NCBI GenBank assembly: GCA_963664395.2
Contig: OY761159.2
Span: 2,400,001-2,464,000 of the forward strand
Direction: 5' to 3'
From: Candidatus Binatia bacterium
GTDB taxonomy: Bacteria; Desulfobacterota; Binatia; Bin18
DNA: 64,000 bases
Below the pieces are notes generated by a model. That model ran no database searches. It was not told the DNA's origin and saw only the letters and a program-made list of their open reading frames with translations. Position numbers and translations under genes: made by a program. Within the stretch, counting starts at the first letter, position 1. Each line of letters starts with the position of its first letter. Positions 41,452-50,603 of the stretch are shown here, piece by piece.

Positions 41452-43203
41452 ATGCCACGTGAAAGTCGTCAGGAATATCGGATAAAAACGGAAAAAAACG
41501 TTCCTGCAGTCATGCGGGATGGGACAAAGTTGTATGCGGATGTCTATCGACCCGATGCTGAGGGGCGCTTCCCCGTTATCTTATTGCGCCTCCCCTACGG
41601 CAAACAATTGGCAGAGATCTTTGGCGACCACGAGTATTTCCCTTCGCGTGGCTATGTGGTGGTCGTCCAGGATGGGCGTGGACGGTTTGAATCAGAGGGG
41701 GAATACTATCCGCTCATTGATGAAGCCCAGGACGGCTACGATACGGTCGAATGGGCCGCGGCACTGCCGTACTCGAACGGCATGGTCGGGACTCAGGGCC
41801 AGTCGTATCTCGGCGCAACCCAGTATCAACTCGCGCCGACCCGACCGCCACATCTCCAGTGTGCTTTCCCCGTATCCGCCGGTGCCGACTACCATCAAGG
41901 CTGGGTCTACCACACCGGCGGGGCCTTCTCGCTCGGTTGGCAAGTGCCGTATGCGGTCTTTCTCGCGCGTAACACTATCGATCGCAAAGGAATAAAGGAG
42001 CAACTCTGGCCACAGGTTCGACCCGACCTGCTGCGGTCAATTAATTTCGGGAATCCGCTTTCAGAAGAAGCCTACCAACGCTTGCCGCTCATGTACTGGG
42101 CCGACCTGCTCGAAGAGGTTGCGCCGTATCTGCGCGATTACCTGACCCACCCTGACGATGGTCCCTATTGGTGGCCGATCAATATCGAGCGTCAGCATCG
42201 CAACATCAACATCCCCATGTACCATGTCAGCTCGTGGTATGACATTTTTCTGCGCGATGCTTTGGTACACTTCTGCGGCTTGCAGGCGCGGGCAATGACG
42301 CCAGAGGCACGCGGTGGCCAGAAATTGCTGCTTGGACCGTGGGCACACCTTTTTCCGTACACCACACCGATTTCCGGTGGGAGCGGAGATATTGATTTTG
42401 GTCCGAATGCCGCCATTGAGCTGCACGAGACGCAGCTACGCTGGTTTGACTATTGGCTCAAAGGCATTGACTCTGGGATTTCCGAGGAGCCACCCATCCG
42501 GCTGTTTGTGATGGGGACCAATCAATGGCGGGACGAATATGAATGGCCGCTCGCACGGACGCAGCATACGCCCTACTACTTCCACAGTCAGGGCCGGGCA
42601 AATAGCCTCACCGGCGATGGCCGGCTGAGCGTTGAACCGCCTCAGGACGAACCCAGTGATCAGTATGAATATGACCCCGCGAATCCGGTGCCGACGTGTG
42701 GCGGGAACACGCTGATTATTCCGGTTGGCGTGGCAGACCAGCGCGAGGTGGAAAGCCGGCCGGACGTGTTGGTCTATACCGGAGAGGCGCTGGAAGCAGC
42801 GCTGGAAGTAACCGGACCCCTCAAGGTTGTTCTCTACGCTTCGTCTTCAGCAACCGATACCGACTTTACCGCCAAGCTGGTCGATGTCCGGCCCGACGGT
42901 TATGCCCAGAACATTGCTGATGGCATCTTGCGGGCACGCTATCGTAACTCCTTGAGCAGTCCGACCCTGATGACGCCAGAAGAGCCGTATGAGTTCAGCA
43001 TAGACTTATGGGCCACCAGCCATGTGTTTCTGCCTGGGCATCGTCTTCGCGTGGAGGTGTCGTCGAGCAACTTTCCGCGCTTTGACCGCAACCTGAACAC
43101 CGGAGGCGACCAGGCAACCGGCACGCAGTTCCAAACCGCACAGCAGACCGTTTTGCATAATAGTAAGTTTCGGTCGCATATTGTGTTGCCGGTCATTCCG
43201 TAG
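41452..43203 (+). CDS. CocE/NonD family hydrolase
   Basis: MRDGTKLYADVYRP, GQSYLG nucleophile motif, GPWAH, SSNFPRFDRN. Confidence 0.93.
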   Translation: MPRESRQEYRIKTEKNVPAVMRDGTKLYADVYRPDAEGRFPVILLRLPYGKQLAEIFGDHEYFPSRGYVVVVQDGRGRFESEGEYYPLIDEAQDGYDTVEWAAALPYSNGMVGTQGQSYLGATQYQLAPTRPPHLQCAFPVSAGADYHQGWVYHTGGAFSLGWQVPYAVFLARNTIDRKGIKEQLWPQVRPDLLRSINFGNPLSEEAYQRLPLMYWADLLEEVAPYLRDYLTHPDDGPYWWPINIERQHRNINIPMYHVSSWYDIFLRDALVHFCGLQARAMTPEARGGQKLLLGPWAHLFPYTTPISGGSGDIDFGPNAAIELHETQLRWFDYWLKGIDSGISEEPPIRLFVMGTNQWRDEYEWPLARTQHTPYYFHSQGRANSLTGDGRLSVEPPQDEPSDQYEYDPANPVPTCGGNTLIIPVGVADQREVESRPDVLVYTGEALEAALEVTGPLKVVLYASSSATDTDFTAKLVDVRPDGYAQNIADGILRARYRNSLSSPTLMTPEEPYEFSIDLWATSHVFLPGHRLRVEVSSSNFPRFDRNLNTGGDQATGTQFQTAQQTVLHNSKFRSHIVLPVIP

Positions 43204-43211
43204 AAGGGGTG

Positions 43212-43526
43212 TCACTGACGTTCTTGTGCCTCCCTGACGAGTGCGTCGTGGAGTAAGGTCTTCATATACGTTTGATATTTGGGCACGCCTTTTTGCCGAG
43301 CCAGCTTGCGAGCGAGTTCGACATCACCGACCGCGAGGCGGATACTAATCTGCCTGGTTGGCGGTCTCAGCACATAGGGTTTTTTCAATTCGCCCGGATC
43401 ATCAATATGCGAGTCAAGAAAAGTGGTGTCCATTTCTTCCAGAATACAATCTGGACAGAACCACTTGCCCTGGTCATCTTGATATCGTTCCGTGCCGCAG
43501 CGCTTACATATGTTTTGTCTCTTCAT
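43212..43526 (-). CDS. BrnA/CopG-like RHH antitoxin with N-terminal zinc ribbon
   Basis: CKRC...CPDC followed by TRQISIRL...ARQKG..YQTYM..LL. Confidence 0.72.
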   Translation of the reverse strand: MKRQNICKRCGTERYQDDQGKWFCPDCILEEMDTTFLDSHIDDPGELKKPYVLRPPTRQISIRLAVGDVELARKLARQKGVPKYQTYMKTLLHDALVREAQERQ

Positions 43527-43804
43527 TGCTCTTTCATCTCCCTATGCCAGCTCAGGATTTGTTTTCTGGTTGAAGGCCAAGCGGTAATGACATGGATGTG
43601 CTCCTCGGTAATGCGTAAGAAGACAACTGTCAGGAAACGGCCCTGGAATGTCCTGCCCACGGCCTTTAAGACTCGGCCCTTTTGCCCAATAACTACGACA
43701 GGCCCTGAAAAGACTTCGGCGAAGACGCTCTCCTTAATGGTACTATGGCGAGCTCGATAGTGCGCTTTCTTTGCCTTTTTGTCATACGCAAAAGTAATTC
43801 GCAT
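43523..43804 (-). CDS. BrnT-like toxin
   Basis: F.YD..K...H...EVF, GRT..GRFLTVVF, HVITAW; 4-bp overlap with the antitoxin; ATG at 43804. Confidence 0.72.
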   Translation of the reverse strand: MRITFAYDKKAKKAHYRARHSTIKESVFAEVFSGPVVVIGQKGRVLKAVGRTFQGRFLTVVFLRITEEHIHVITAWPSTRKQILSWHREMKEQ

Positions 43805-43908
43805 AGTGTAATGACTTGAATATACTTTTGGGTGAATAATATACAAAGTGCGACTTGTCATCAAACCCAGCTCTTGCCCGCAGCGGCTTTGACTGATTCC
43901 TTGCCCCC

Positions 43909-44604
43909 ATGTCTGACGGCCTGCCTCCCGATACTGAAAAAGCGACCTCGGTGCGGGCGATGTTTGATTTGATCGCCCCGAACTATGACACGCTGAACCG
44001 TTGGCTGTCTTTGCGTCTGGATCAATACTGGCGGCGCAAGACTCTCCGTAGTATTGACGTCTGTGCTGATGATGGTGTGCTCGACTTGGCGTGCGGAACG
44101 GGGGATTTGAGCGAACTCGCTGCGGCAACCGGTGCCCGGGTTATGGGTGTTGACTTTGCCCGCAACATGCTCGTCGGCGCAACCCGGCGTCGGATCAAAG
44201 CCGACTTTATTCAGGCCGATGCGAATGCCTTACCCCTCCCGCCGGCATCCGTTTCGGTTGTCGTGTCCGGCTTTGCCCTGCGAAATTTTGTTTCAATTCC
44301 CAACGCGCTCCAAGAAGCGGCGCGCGTCCTCAAGCCCGGCGGACGACTGGCTTTGCTTGAGGTTGATACGCCACGCAATTCTCTCCTGAAATGGGGCCAT
44401 GGCTTCTATTTTCAGCGCCTCGTGCCCATTCTCGGTGGTCTGATCTCGGACAGAAAGTCGTATCTTTATTTGCCGCGCTCCGTGGTGTACCTGCCGGAGG
44501 AAGCCGAGCTGCTGGCGATGGTTCGAGCGGCGGGATTCGAGCAGGTCGTAAAGCAGAATTTATCCGGTGGGGTGGCGCAGTTGATTACAGCAGTGAGACG
44601 ATAA
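43909..44604 (+). CDS. ubiE: UbiE/MenG family quinone C-methyltransferase
   Basis: MFDLIAPNYD.LN, LDLACGTGD, GFALRN, RVLKPGG, Y.YLPRS. Confidence 0.85.
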   Translation: MSDGLPPDTEKATSVRAMFDLIAPNYDTLNRWLSLRLDQYWRRKTLRSIDVCADDGVLDLACGTGDLSELAAATGARVMGVDFARNMLVGATRRRIKADFIQADANALPLPPASVSVVVSGFALRNFVSIPNALQEAARVLKPGGRLALLEVDTPRNSLLKWGHGFYFQRLVPILGGLISDRKSYLYLPRSVVYLPEEAELLAMVRAAGFEQVVKQNLSGGVAQLITAVRR

Positions 44605-44626
44605 AAAGTAATAGACCACCGCAACA

Positions 44627-46123
44627 TTATCGGCTCATGTAGGGAATGAGCTTCTCCAACACCTGAGGCAGCTCTGTGCACGGCACGTCTTCTAATAGCT
44701 TCTTGCCGGGCCGGGCGTCCGGGCCGGAGCGGCCACCGACAAACACATCTACCGCTTCAATAGTTTTCCCATCACGCTGCACTTTCTTGCCCAGAAAACC
44801 GATATCCGCAGTCGTATGGTTCCCGCAGCCATTCTGACAGCCCGACCAGCGCATGGTGAGTGGTGTGGTATTGCCCAGGGTCTTTTCGAGGTGGCGGGCC
44901 GTGTCGAGTGCGCGCTGTTTTGTTTCAATCAGCGAATAGTGACAGTAATCAACGCCGGTACAACTGACCAGCCCACGCATGAAGGCCGAAGGGTCATAGC
45001 GTAATTCCTGGAGCAATGGCTCCTGGGTCAGGTCTCCGATCATATGATCCGGAATATGCGGGACAATCAGATTCTGACTCGGGGTCAGACGAATCTCTCC
45101 ACTGCCATAGTGTTCCGCCAGCTTGGCGACACCGAGCAGTTGCATTGCAGACAGCCGTCCTGTCGGGACTACCAGACCGACGTAGTTGAAGCCGGTTTGC
45201 TTTTGGCGAAAGAGACCAACGTGATCGGTGCGTGCAGTACTCCGCGCATCCTTGCCCGCGGAAAGGAGCGGCTGCCCGCGGCGGTGTTCCAGTTCACGCC
45301 GAAATTTTTCAATCCCCCAGTCTTGGATGAGGAAGAATAAGCGTGACTTTTTGTGATCCTGGCGTTGGCCGTGGTCGCGAAAGAGTAGGGCAATTGTGCC
45401 ACACAGGGGAACGGCTTCTTGCGGAGGGATGAAGACATCAAGCGCTTGCGCCGGCGTATAGCCGCCCGATCCCTGCTTGCCGCCAACGAAGACGTTGAAA
45501 CCCTGGCTCTCAACCCGGCCGTTCTCCCGGCCGTTCTCCCGGCCGTTCTCTTTAACCGCCGGCACCAGGCCCACATCTTGTGAGTCCGGATAGGTACAAT
45601 TGTCTAAACACGCAGAGATGGTGACTTTGAACTTGCGCGGAAGATTCGTGTACTCCGGGTTGCGTAAGAACGCCTCGGTATAGTGTTGTGTGACCTGTGA
45701 GGCGTCAAACAGCTCGCCCGGCGTCAGGCCGGCAGCCGAGCAGCCGGTCACTCCACGGATGTTATTCAGGCCGGTCTGAAGCGAGACCAGGCCGACTTGT
45801 CCAAGCCGCTGCCACATCTCCTGCACATGCTCGATATGAAACCAGCGCAGTTGGATTTGCTGCCGGGTCGTAATGTCAACAAAGCCCTTGCCGAATTCTT
45901 CGCTCAGCGCCGCCAGGGTGCGAAACTGGGCCGCATTGCTGAGCCCGTTGCTCATCCGCAGCCGCATCATGAAATTGCCCGGCGTCTGACGCCGAAAGAA
46001 GACGCCGGCGCCTTTGAGCCCCTCTATTTCGTGTTCGGACAGGGCTTTCCAGCCGTCTTGAATAGCGTGAGAGAGGCTGCTCATGCCAGCCTCCTCTGCT
46101 GCGTGTGATGCCATGCGTTTCAC
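44627..46123 (-). CDS. nirA: Ferredoxin-nitrite reductase (siroheme)
   Basis: FMMRLR..NG, ITTRQQIQ, NLPRKF, CTG...C and GC.NGC ligands; nitrate cluster context. Confidence 0.85.
   Translation of the reverse strand: MKRMASHAAEEAGMSSLSHAIQDGWKALSEHEIEGLKGAGVFFRRQTPGNFMMRLRMSNGLSNAAQFRTLAALSEEFGKGFVDITTRQQIQLRWFHIEHVQEMWQRLGQVGLVSLQTGLNNIRGVTGCSAAGLTPGELFDASQVTQHYTEAFLRNPEYTNLPRKFKVTISACLDNCTYPDSQDVGLVPAVKENGRENGRENGRVESQGFNVFVGGKQGSGGYTPAQALDVFIPPQEAVPLCGTIALLFRDHGQRQDHKKSRLFFLIQDWGIEKFRRELEHRRGQPLLSAGKDARSTARTDHVGLFRQKQTGFNYVGLVVPTGRLSAMQLLGVAKLAEHYGSGEIRLTPSQNLIVPHIPDHMIGDLTQEPLLQELRYDPSAFMRGLVSCTGVDYCHYSLIETKQRALDTARHLEKTLGNTTPLTMRWSGCQNGCGNHTTADIGFLGKKVQRDGKTIEAVDVFVGGRSGPDARPGKKLLEDVPCTELPQVLEKLIPYMSR
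45515..45550. repeat. In-frame 12-bp tandem repeat x3 (ENGR) in nirA
   Basis: (ccggccgttctc)x3. Confidence 0.9.
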
Positions 46124-46150
46124 TGGTGTGTATGAACGGGAATCGTCCGC

Positions 46151-47512
46151 TTAGCCCGCAATTGCCGGAACCACGCCGTTTTCTGCCAACGCCTTTTTTT
46201 CGGCCAGGGCTTTTTCCAGATTGCGCTGTTCTTCTTCGTGAACTGTTTGCGGAAAGGTTACCAGGCATACGCAGACAGACGCAATGGCAACGGCGATGCC
46301 GAGAATCAAAAGGCCCTGCTGGGTACTGATATTTTCCGAGCGAAACAGGAATCCGGCCGCAACCGCCCCGGCATTCCCGCCTGCACCCACAATACCGGCA
46401 ACACCCCCGAGCGCCTTCTTATTGATAAAGGGAACTACTGCGTATGTCGCTCCGCAGGACATGTGAACAAACAGGCCGAAGAAGACCATGGAGATAACTG
46501 CCAGGGGTAGTACGGTCATTCGTGAAAAAAGGATGAGAGCGAATCCCTCCGCCAGCAGCACAGTGCCAAGAAACAGGATTCGTCCCTTGAGCCCGCTCTT
46601 GACAGCAACCATGTCTGAGAAGATTCCACCCAAGGTTCGTGCAAAAATGCTCAGGAGGCCAAACAATCCCGCCGTTAGTCCAGCTGTTTTAATGTCTAAA
46701 GCAAAGTAGTCGTGATAGTACAGCGCAGCAATATTGTGGATCGTCAACTCGACCCCAAAACAGGCCGCATAAACAACGAACAAGGCCCACACCCGGTAGT
46801 CTTTGGCAGCGAGCCAAAACGATTTCGTTGAACTGCCTTCGGCTGGAGGCAACTCGCCGCGCGCACGCAGCTCTGCGTAATTGCCATCCGGCGCATCCTG
46901 GGTACAAAAGTAATAGCCAATACCGGTCAGAAACAGGACCACACCCGGTATGACCATCGCCAACCGCCAGCCGAACGATTCACCCACGCCAAAGAACAGC
47001 ACGACACCTAAGATGAGTGGCATCACCATTTGGGTGACACCCCCACCCAAGTTCCCCCAGCCGGCGGTCGTGGCGTTGGCCGTGCCGACACAATTGGGGC
47101 CGAACATGATCGAGGTATGGTACTGCGTAATAACAAACGAAGCGCCGATCGCGCCGATCGCGAGGCGAAAGAGCAGAAAGCTCTCATAGCTGTGCGCCAG
47201 GCCAATACCCATGACCGGCAGGGAGCCGATCAGCAGCAACCAGGTATACACCAGGCGCGAGCCAAAGCGGTCGCACAGCGGGCCAATAATAATGCGGACA
47301 ACGACCGTAATGGCAACCGACGCGATAATAGTATTCCCCACCTGGGCCTTGGTCAGCATCAGATCTTCACGGACCAGCGCCATTAGCGGCGCAATACCAA
47401 ACCAGCCGAAGAAACACAGAAAGAAGGCGAACCAGGTCATGTGAAAGGTCCGCATCTGTGGGGTTGCCAGGCTGAACAGATCGATTTTCGTGGCTTTGTT
47501 TTTGACTTCCAT
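46151..47512 (-). CDS. narK: NarK/Nrt2 family nitrate/nitrite MFS transporter
   Basis: ANATTAGWGNLGGG nitrate signature, YAACFGVEL, GIVGAGGNAG. Confidence 0.92.
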   Translation of the reverse strand: MEVKNKATKIDLFSLATPQMRTFHMTWFAFFLCFFGWFGIAPLMALVREDLMLTKAQVGNTIIASVAITVVVRIIIGPLCDRFGSRLVYTWLLLIGSLPVMGIGLAHSYESFLLFRLAIGAIGASFVITQYHTSIMFGPNCVGTANATTAGWGNLGGGVTQMVMPLILGVVLFFGVGESFGWRLAMVIPGVVLFLTGIGYYFCTQDAPDGNYAELRARGELPPAEGSSTKSFWLAAKDYRVWALFVVYAACFGVELTIHNIAALYYHDYFALDIKTAGLTAGLFGLLSIFARTLGGIFSDMVAVKSGLKGRILFLGTVLLAEGFALILFSRMTVLPLAVISMVFFGLFVHMSCGATYAVVPFINKKALGGVAGIVGAGGNAGAVAAGFLFRSENISTQQGLLILGIAVAIASVCVCLVTFPQTVHEEEQRNLEKALAEKKALAENGVVPAIAG

Positions 47513-47562
47513 ATCGAGCTTGCCTCCTCCTTACCGACGCTGTGGGTGACACTTGAGGACAC

Positions 47563-47579
47563 AGCAATTCACAGGCCAG
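47563..47579 (-). promoter_or_regulatory. Sigma-54 promoter of narK-nirA
   Basis: CTGGCCTGTGAATTGCT, an exact GG-N10-GC match with TTGC, about 50 bp upstream of the start codon. Confidence 0.8.
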
Positions 47580-47683
47580 AACGTAAGGATGCCTGGGAAA
47601 ACGCGGAAAAGGCCGTATTTTTACGTCGATACACCAAAGTCTGAGCTATGAAGGCCGGGGCGTGCCGTCACTCTGGACGAAAC

Positions 47684-47730
47684 AGGCGTGTTGTTCAGCC
47701 CGCAATATGCTCACTCAGCAACACGTCCGT
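47684..47730. promoter_or_regulatory. 47-bp imperfect palindrome, putative enhancer (copy 1)
   Basis: 36/47 identical without gaps (manual count) to the reverse complement of 57074-57120. Confidence 0.7.
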
Positions 47731-47865
47731 TCTCTCCTGGGCGATGATTCTTGAACATTCCCTTGCCTCAAAACGCCGGGCTTGTGATTTGATCTGATTT
47801 GAGGAATGTAAAGGGTTGACGCTTGTCATCACATGCTGAGCGGCATGGCAAGGAGAATCGCGTTC

Positions 47866-48585
47866 ATGGGCCGGACAGAAAAAAATATATACGGAGGGCG
47901 AGATCCCCGTGAGTTGTCGGCGTATGGTATCCCAGAGGCGGCTCACTATCTGCGGATTCCAGTTGCTACCCTCCGGACGTGGGTTTGCGGTCGGCACTAT
48001 CCAACCCGGCAAGGTCCTCAGCGCTTTGAACCGATCATAGCTCTTGCCGATACGGAGCGCTTCTTGTTGTCCTTTGTGAATCTCATTGAGGCGCATGTTC
48101 TCGCCGCTATTCGTCGTCATCATCGCGTGTCGTTCCCCAAAGTCAGAAGCGCGTTACGCTATCTCAATCGGCACTTTCCCTCCCCGCATCCACTGGCTGA
48201 TCAACATTTTGAAACGAATGGATTAGATCTCTTCGTCGAACAGTTCGGAAACCTGATTGCCATCTCAGATGAGGGGCAGCTCAGTATGCGGGATATGCTG
48301 AAAGCCCACCTGCATCGGATTGAACGGGACGTATCTGGGCTGGCGATTAAGCTGTATCTATTCACCCGACGAGACACCTCTGAGACTGCGCCCCGTGTCA
48401 TCGTTGTTGACCCGCGCATCGCGTTTGGACGGCCGGTGGTAGTCGGCACCCGCATCTCAACCGAAGTCGTCTACCAACGATTCGAAGCCGGGGAGTCGAT
48501 TGTCCGACTTGCGGATGACTATGGCCGCACGCCAGCAGAAATCGAAGAAGCGATCCGCTGCGAGCACTACAGAGACGCGGCCTGA
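47866..48585 (+). CDS. HTH + DUF433 antitoxin (VapB45-like)
   Basis: YGIPEAAHYL..P..TLR.W, LSF.NL.E, VDPRIAFGRP, GES...LA.DY. Confidence 0.85.
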   Translation: MGRTEKNIYGGRDPRELSAYGIPEAAHYLRIPVATLRTWVCGRHYPTRQGPQRFEPIIALADTERFLLSFVNLIEAHVLAAIRRHHRVSFPKVRSALRYLNRHFPSPHPLADQHFETNGLDLFVEQFGNLIAISDEGQLSMRDMLKAHLHRIERDVSGLAIKLYLFTRRDTSETAPRVIVVDPRIAFGRPVVVGTRISTEVVYQRFEAGESIVRLADDYGRTPAEIEEAIRCEHYRDAA

Positions 48586-49006
48586 AGGTTCCACCTTTTT
48601 TCTCGACCAAAGCTTAGGGGACAAGGTCGTTGCGCAAGCTCTCCGTCAGCAAGGATGCAAGGTCGAACTGCTAAAAGAGCACTTTGCGACCGATGCGTTG
48701 GATGAAGAATGGCTGCCTGAGGTGGGGCGGCATGACTGGCTGGTCCTAACCAAGGATGATCGTATACGCAAACGCCCGGCTGAGCGTGAAGCGCTCATGC
48801 AGAGCGGGGCTCGCGCTTTCATTCTTCCCTCGGGTAATATGTCCGGTGAAGATATGGCTTCAGCTATTGTCAAGGCACTCCCGAAAATACGACGGTTTGT
48901 TACAAAAAATCCTCCGCCTTTCATTGCGCGCATATCCAAAGCAGGGGAAGTCTGGTTGTTGGACCCACAACGCTCTACACGTGTAAGAAGGCGAAGAGAA
49001 AACTAA
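48521..49006 (+). CDS. PIN-like toxin (VapC45-like)
   Basis: FFLDQSL, D.EWL, LTKD.RIR; overlaps the 3' end of the antitoxin. Start uncertain. Confidence 0.82.
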   Translation: MAARQQKSKKRSAASTTETRPEGSTFFLDQSLGDKVVAQALRQQGCKVELLKEHFATDALDEEWLPEVGRHDWLVLTKDDRIRKRPAEREALMQSGARAFILPSGNMSGEDMASAIVKALPKIRRFVTKNPPPFIARISKAGEVWLLDPQRSTRVRRRREN

Positions 49007-49021
49007 TGTTCTGGGAGCGTA

Positions 49022-49264
49022 TCAGGATGCCTTTCCCGCGGGTTTGGTAACACGCGCGCGATGCCAGATGTCGGCATCGCCACTGGCCTGACAGGTCGGG
49101 CAGGCTTCGTCTGGGGACCGGAGATAGCCCCGTCCATCGCACTGCCGACACAAGCCGTTCAGCAGATAGACCTTATAATAGAAATCGGTCATATCGTGGA
49201 CATTGTGAAAGAAAGATTTGATTTGCTCGACAATGTGGTCGGGGTAAAATGCCTGATCTTTCAT
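49022..49264 (-). CDS. Small protein with DnaJ-type CxxCxGxG zinc finger
   Basis: CRQCDGRG...CPTCQASG; co-oriented at the end of the nitrate reductase operon. Confidence 0.65.
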   Translation of the reverse strand: MKDQAFYPDHIVEQIKSFFHNVHDMTDFYYKVYLLNGLCRQCDGRGYLRSPDEACPTCQASGDADIWHRARVTKPAGKAS

Positions 49265-49283
49265 CGCAACATCCTTCTCTCAT

Positions 49284-49502
49284 TCAGCGTTGAATCATGC
49301 GCCACAGCCAGGTGGCCACGGCAAAGCATACCCCCGAGGCCACCGCCGCCGGAACAACAATACCGCCCGCCCCGCCGAGATGACCTTCAATCGCTTCGAC
49401 CAGCAGCCATAACTGCACGAGTAACAGCACAACGACAAAAGCGGTGACCAGTCCGAGCACCGAGCTGCGCTGCTGGCGCAGTGTGGCGGAAGGTAGATTC
49501 AT
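49284..49502 (-). CDS. Small 2-TM membrane protein (DUF6755-like)
   Basis: LLLVQLWLL...E...G...VPAAVASG; operon position. Confidence 0.72.
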   Translation of the reverse strand: MNLPSATLRQQRSSVLGLVTAFVVVLLLVQLWLLVEAIEGHLGGAGGIVVPAAVASGVCFAVATWLWRMIQR

Positions 49503-49510
49503 ACGGCAGC

Positions 49511-50005
49511 CTACACCTGCATTCCCGTCGCCCACACGGTGTCGTCCTTGACCTGAAGCACAATGCGCGGCAGCGGGCGTTTAGGCGGCCCTGCCAGCGG
49601 CCGGCCGTCTTCCAGCGCGAAATAACCTTCGTGGCAAGGGCAGTGGAGCTGCTTTTTCTCTTTTTGGTAGAGGACAGGACAGAGTAAATGCGTGCACTTC
49701 TGGCTATACGCGACAAAGCGGTCCGTGGCGACCCGAATCAATAAGCAGGGATCGGTTTTGGTGGGATAAAAAAAGAGTGTGGCCTGGCCAATCGCGACAT
49801 CCGATACCGCGGCAAGGCGCAGCGCCGTAAACTGCGCCGGTCGCCAGCGCTGCCACCATTCTCGAACGGCAACCAGTCCTGTGCCGAGAAAGAGCGCACT
49901 CGAAATAAAGGTCAGAAAAGTGGTGAAGGAACGCCGGGTCACATAGTGATCATCTTCCCAATTGATGGGGAAATCTTCACGCCAGCGGGGAATGCTATCA
50001 GGCAT
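49511..50005 (-). CDS. Membrane-anchored Rieske [2Fe-2S] protein
   Basis: TRRSF + TM helix; CTHLLC...CPCHEG; GPP.RPL. Confidence 0.9.
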   Translation of the reverse strand: MPDSIPRWREDFPINWEDDHYVTRRSFTTFLTFISSALFLGTGLVAVREWWQRWRPAQFTALRLAAVSDVAIGQATLFFYPTKTDPCLLIRVATDRFVAYSQKCTHLLCPVLYQKEKKQLHCPCHEGYFALEDGRPLAGPPKRPLPRIVLQVKDDTVWATGMQV

Positions 50006-50040
50006 TGCTCTACGCTCTCATCTCTTTGGGCTGGTTTCTC

Positions 50041-50601
50041 TCATTCACAGAAACTCGCCACATCAAACTCCATCTCATCCGCTGCCGTGTCACCCACCAT
50101 GAGATGGACTTTTGTGGTCACGACTTGCCGGCCAAAGGTGAAGCGGTTGATCGGCTTTTCCTGCCGCTTGTGTTCGATTTCTTCTTTGGTGCCAAAGAAC
50201 AACGCGCCGCTTGGGCACACCGTGGCGCACATGGGTTTGAGGTCCGCTGACGTGCGGTCGTAACACATGTCGCACTTCATCATCTGGTCTATCTCGCCCA
50301 GATAGCGTGGTACGCCAAAGGGACAGGCCAGGACGCAGTTTGAACAGCCGATACAGCGGGCCTGTAAGGCCGACTGTACAATGCCCTCTGCGGTCTGCTT
50401 AATCGCATCCGCCGGGCACACTTGCGCACAGGTCGGGTCTTCGCAGTGCATGCACACGGTCGGCGTGGTCTGCGGCGAACTCGAACGGTCAACGTAATCC
50501 AGGTGGATCATGGACACGCCCCGGTGCGACTCGCACTCAGCGCAGGCATGGACACAGGCTTGGCAGCCGATACAGCGGGAAGGGTCAATAAAGAATTCCA
50601 T
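50041..50601 (-). CDS. 4Fe-4S dicluster electron-transfer subunit
   Basis: CIGCQAC, CMHC..P.C..VCP, CIGCSNC..ACP, KCDMC...C..VCP. Confidence 0.92.
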   Translation of the reverse strand: MEFFIDPSRCIGCQACVHACAECESHRGVSMIHLDYVDRSSSPQTTPTVCMHCEDPTCAQVCPADAIKQTAEGIVQSALQARCIGCSNCVLACPFGVPRYLGEIDQMMKCDMCYDRTSADLKPMCATVCPSGALFFGTKEEIEHKRQEKPINRFTFGRQVVTTKVHLMVGDTAADEMEFDVASFCE

Positions 50602-50603
50602 AC

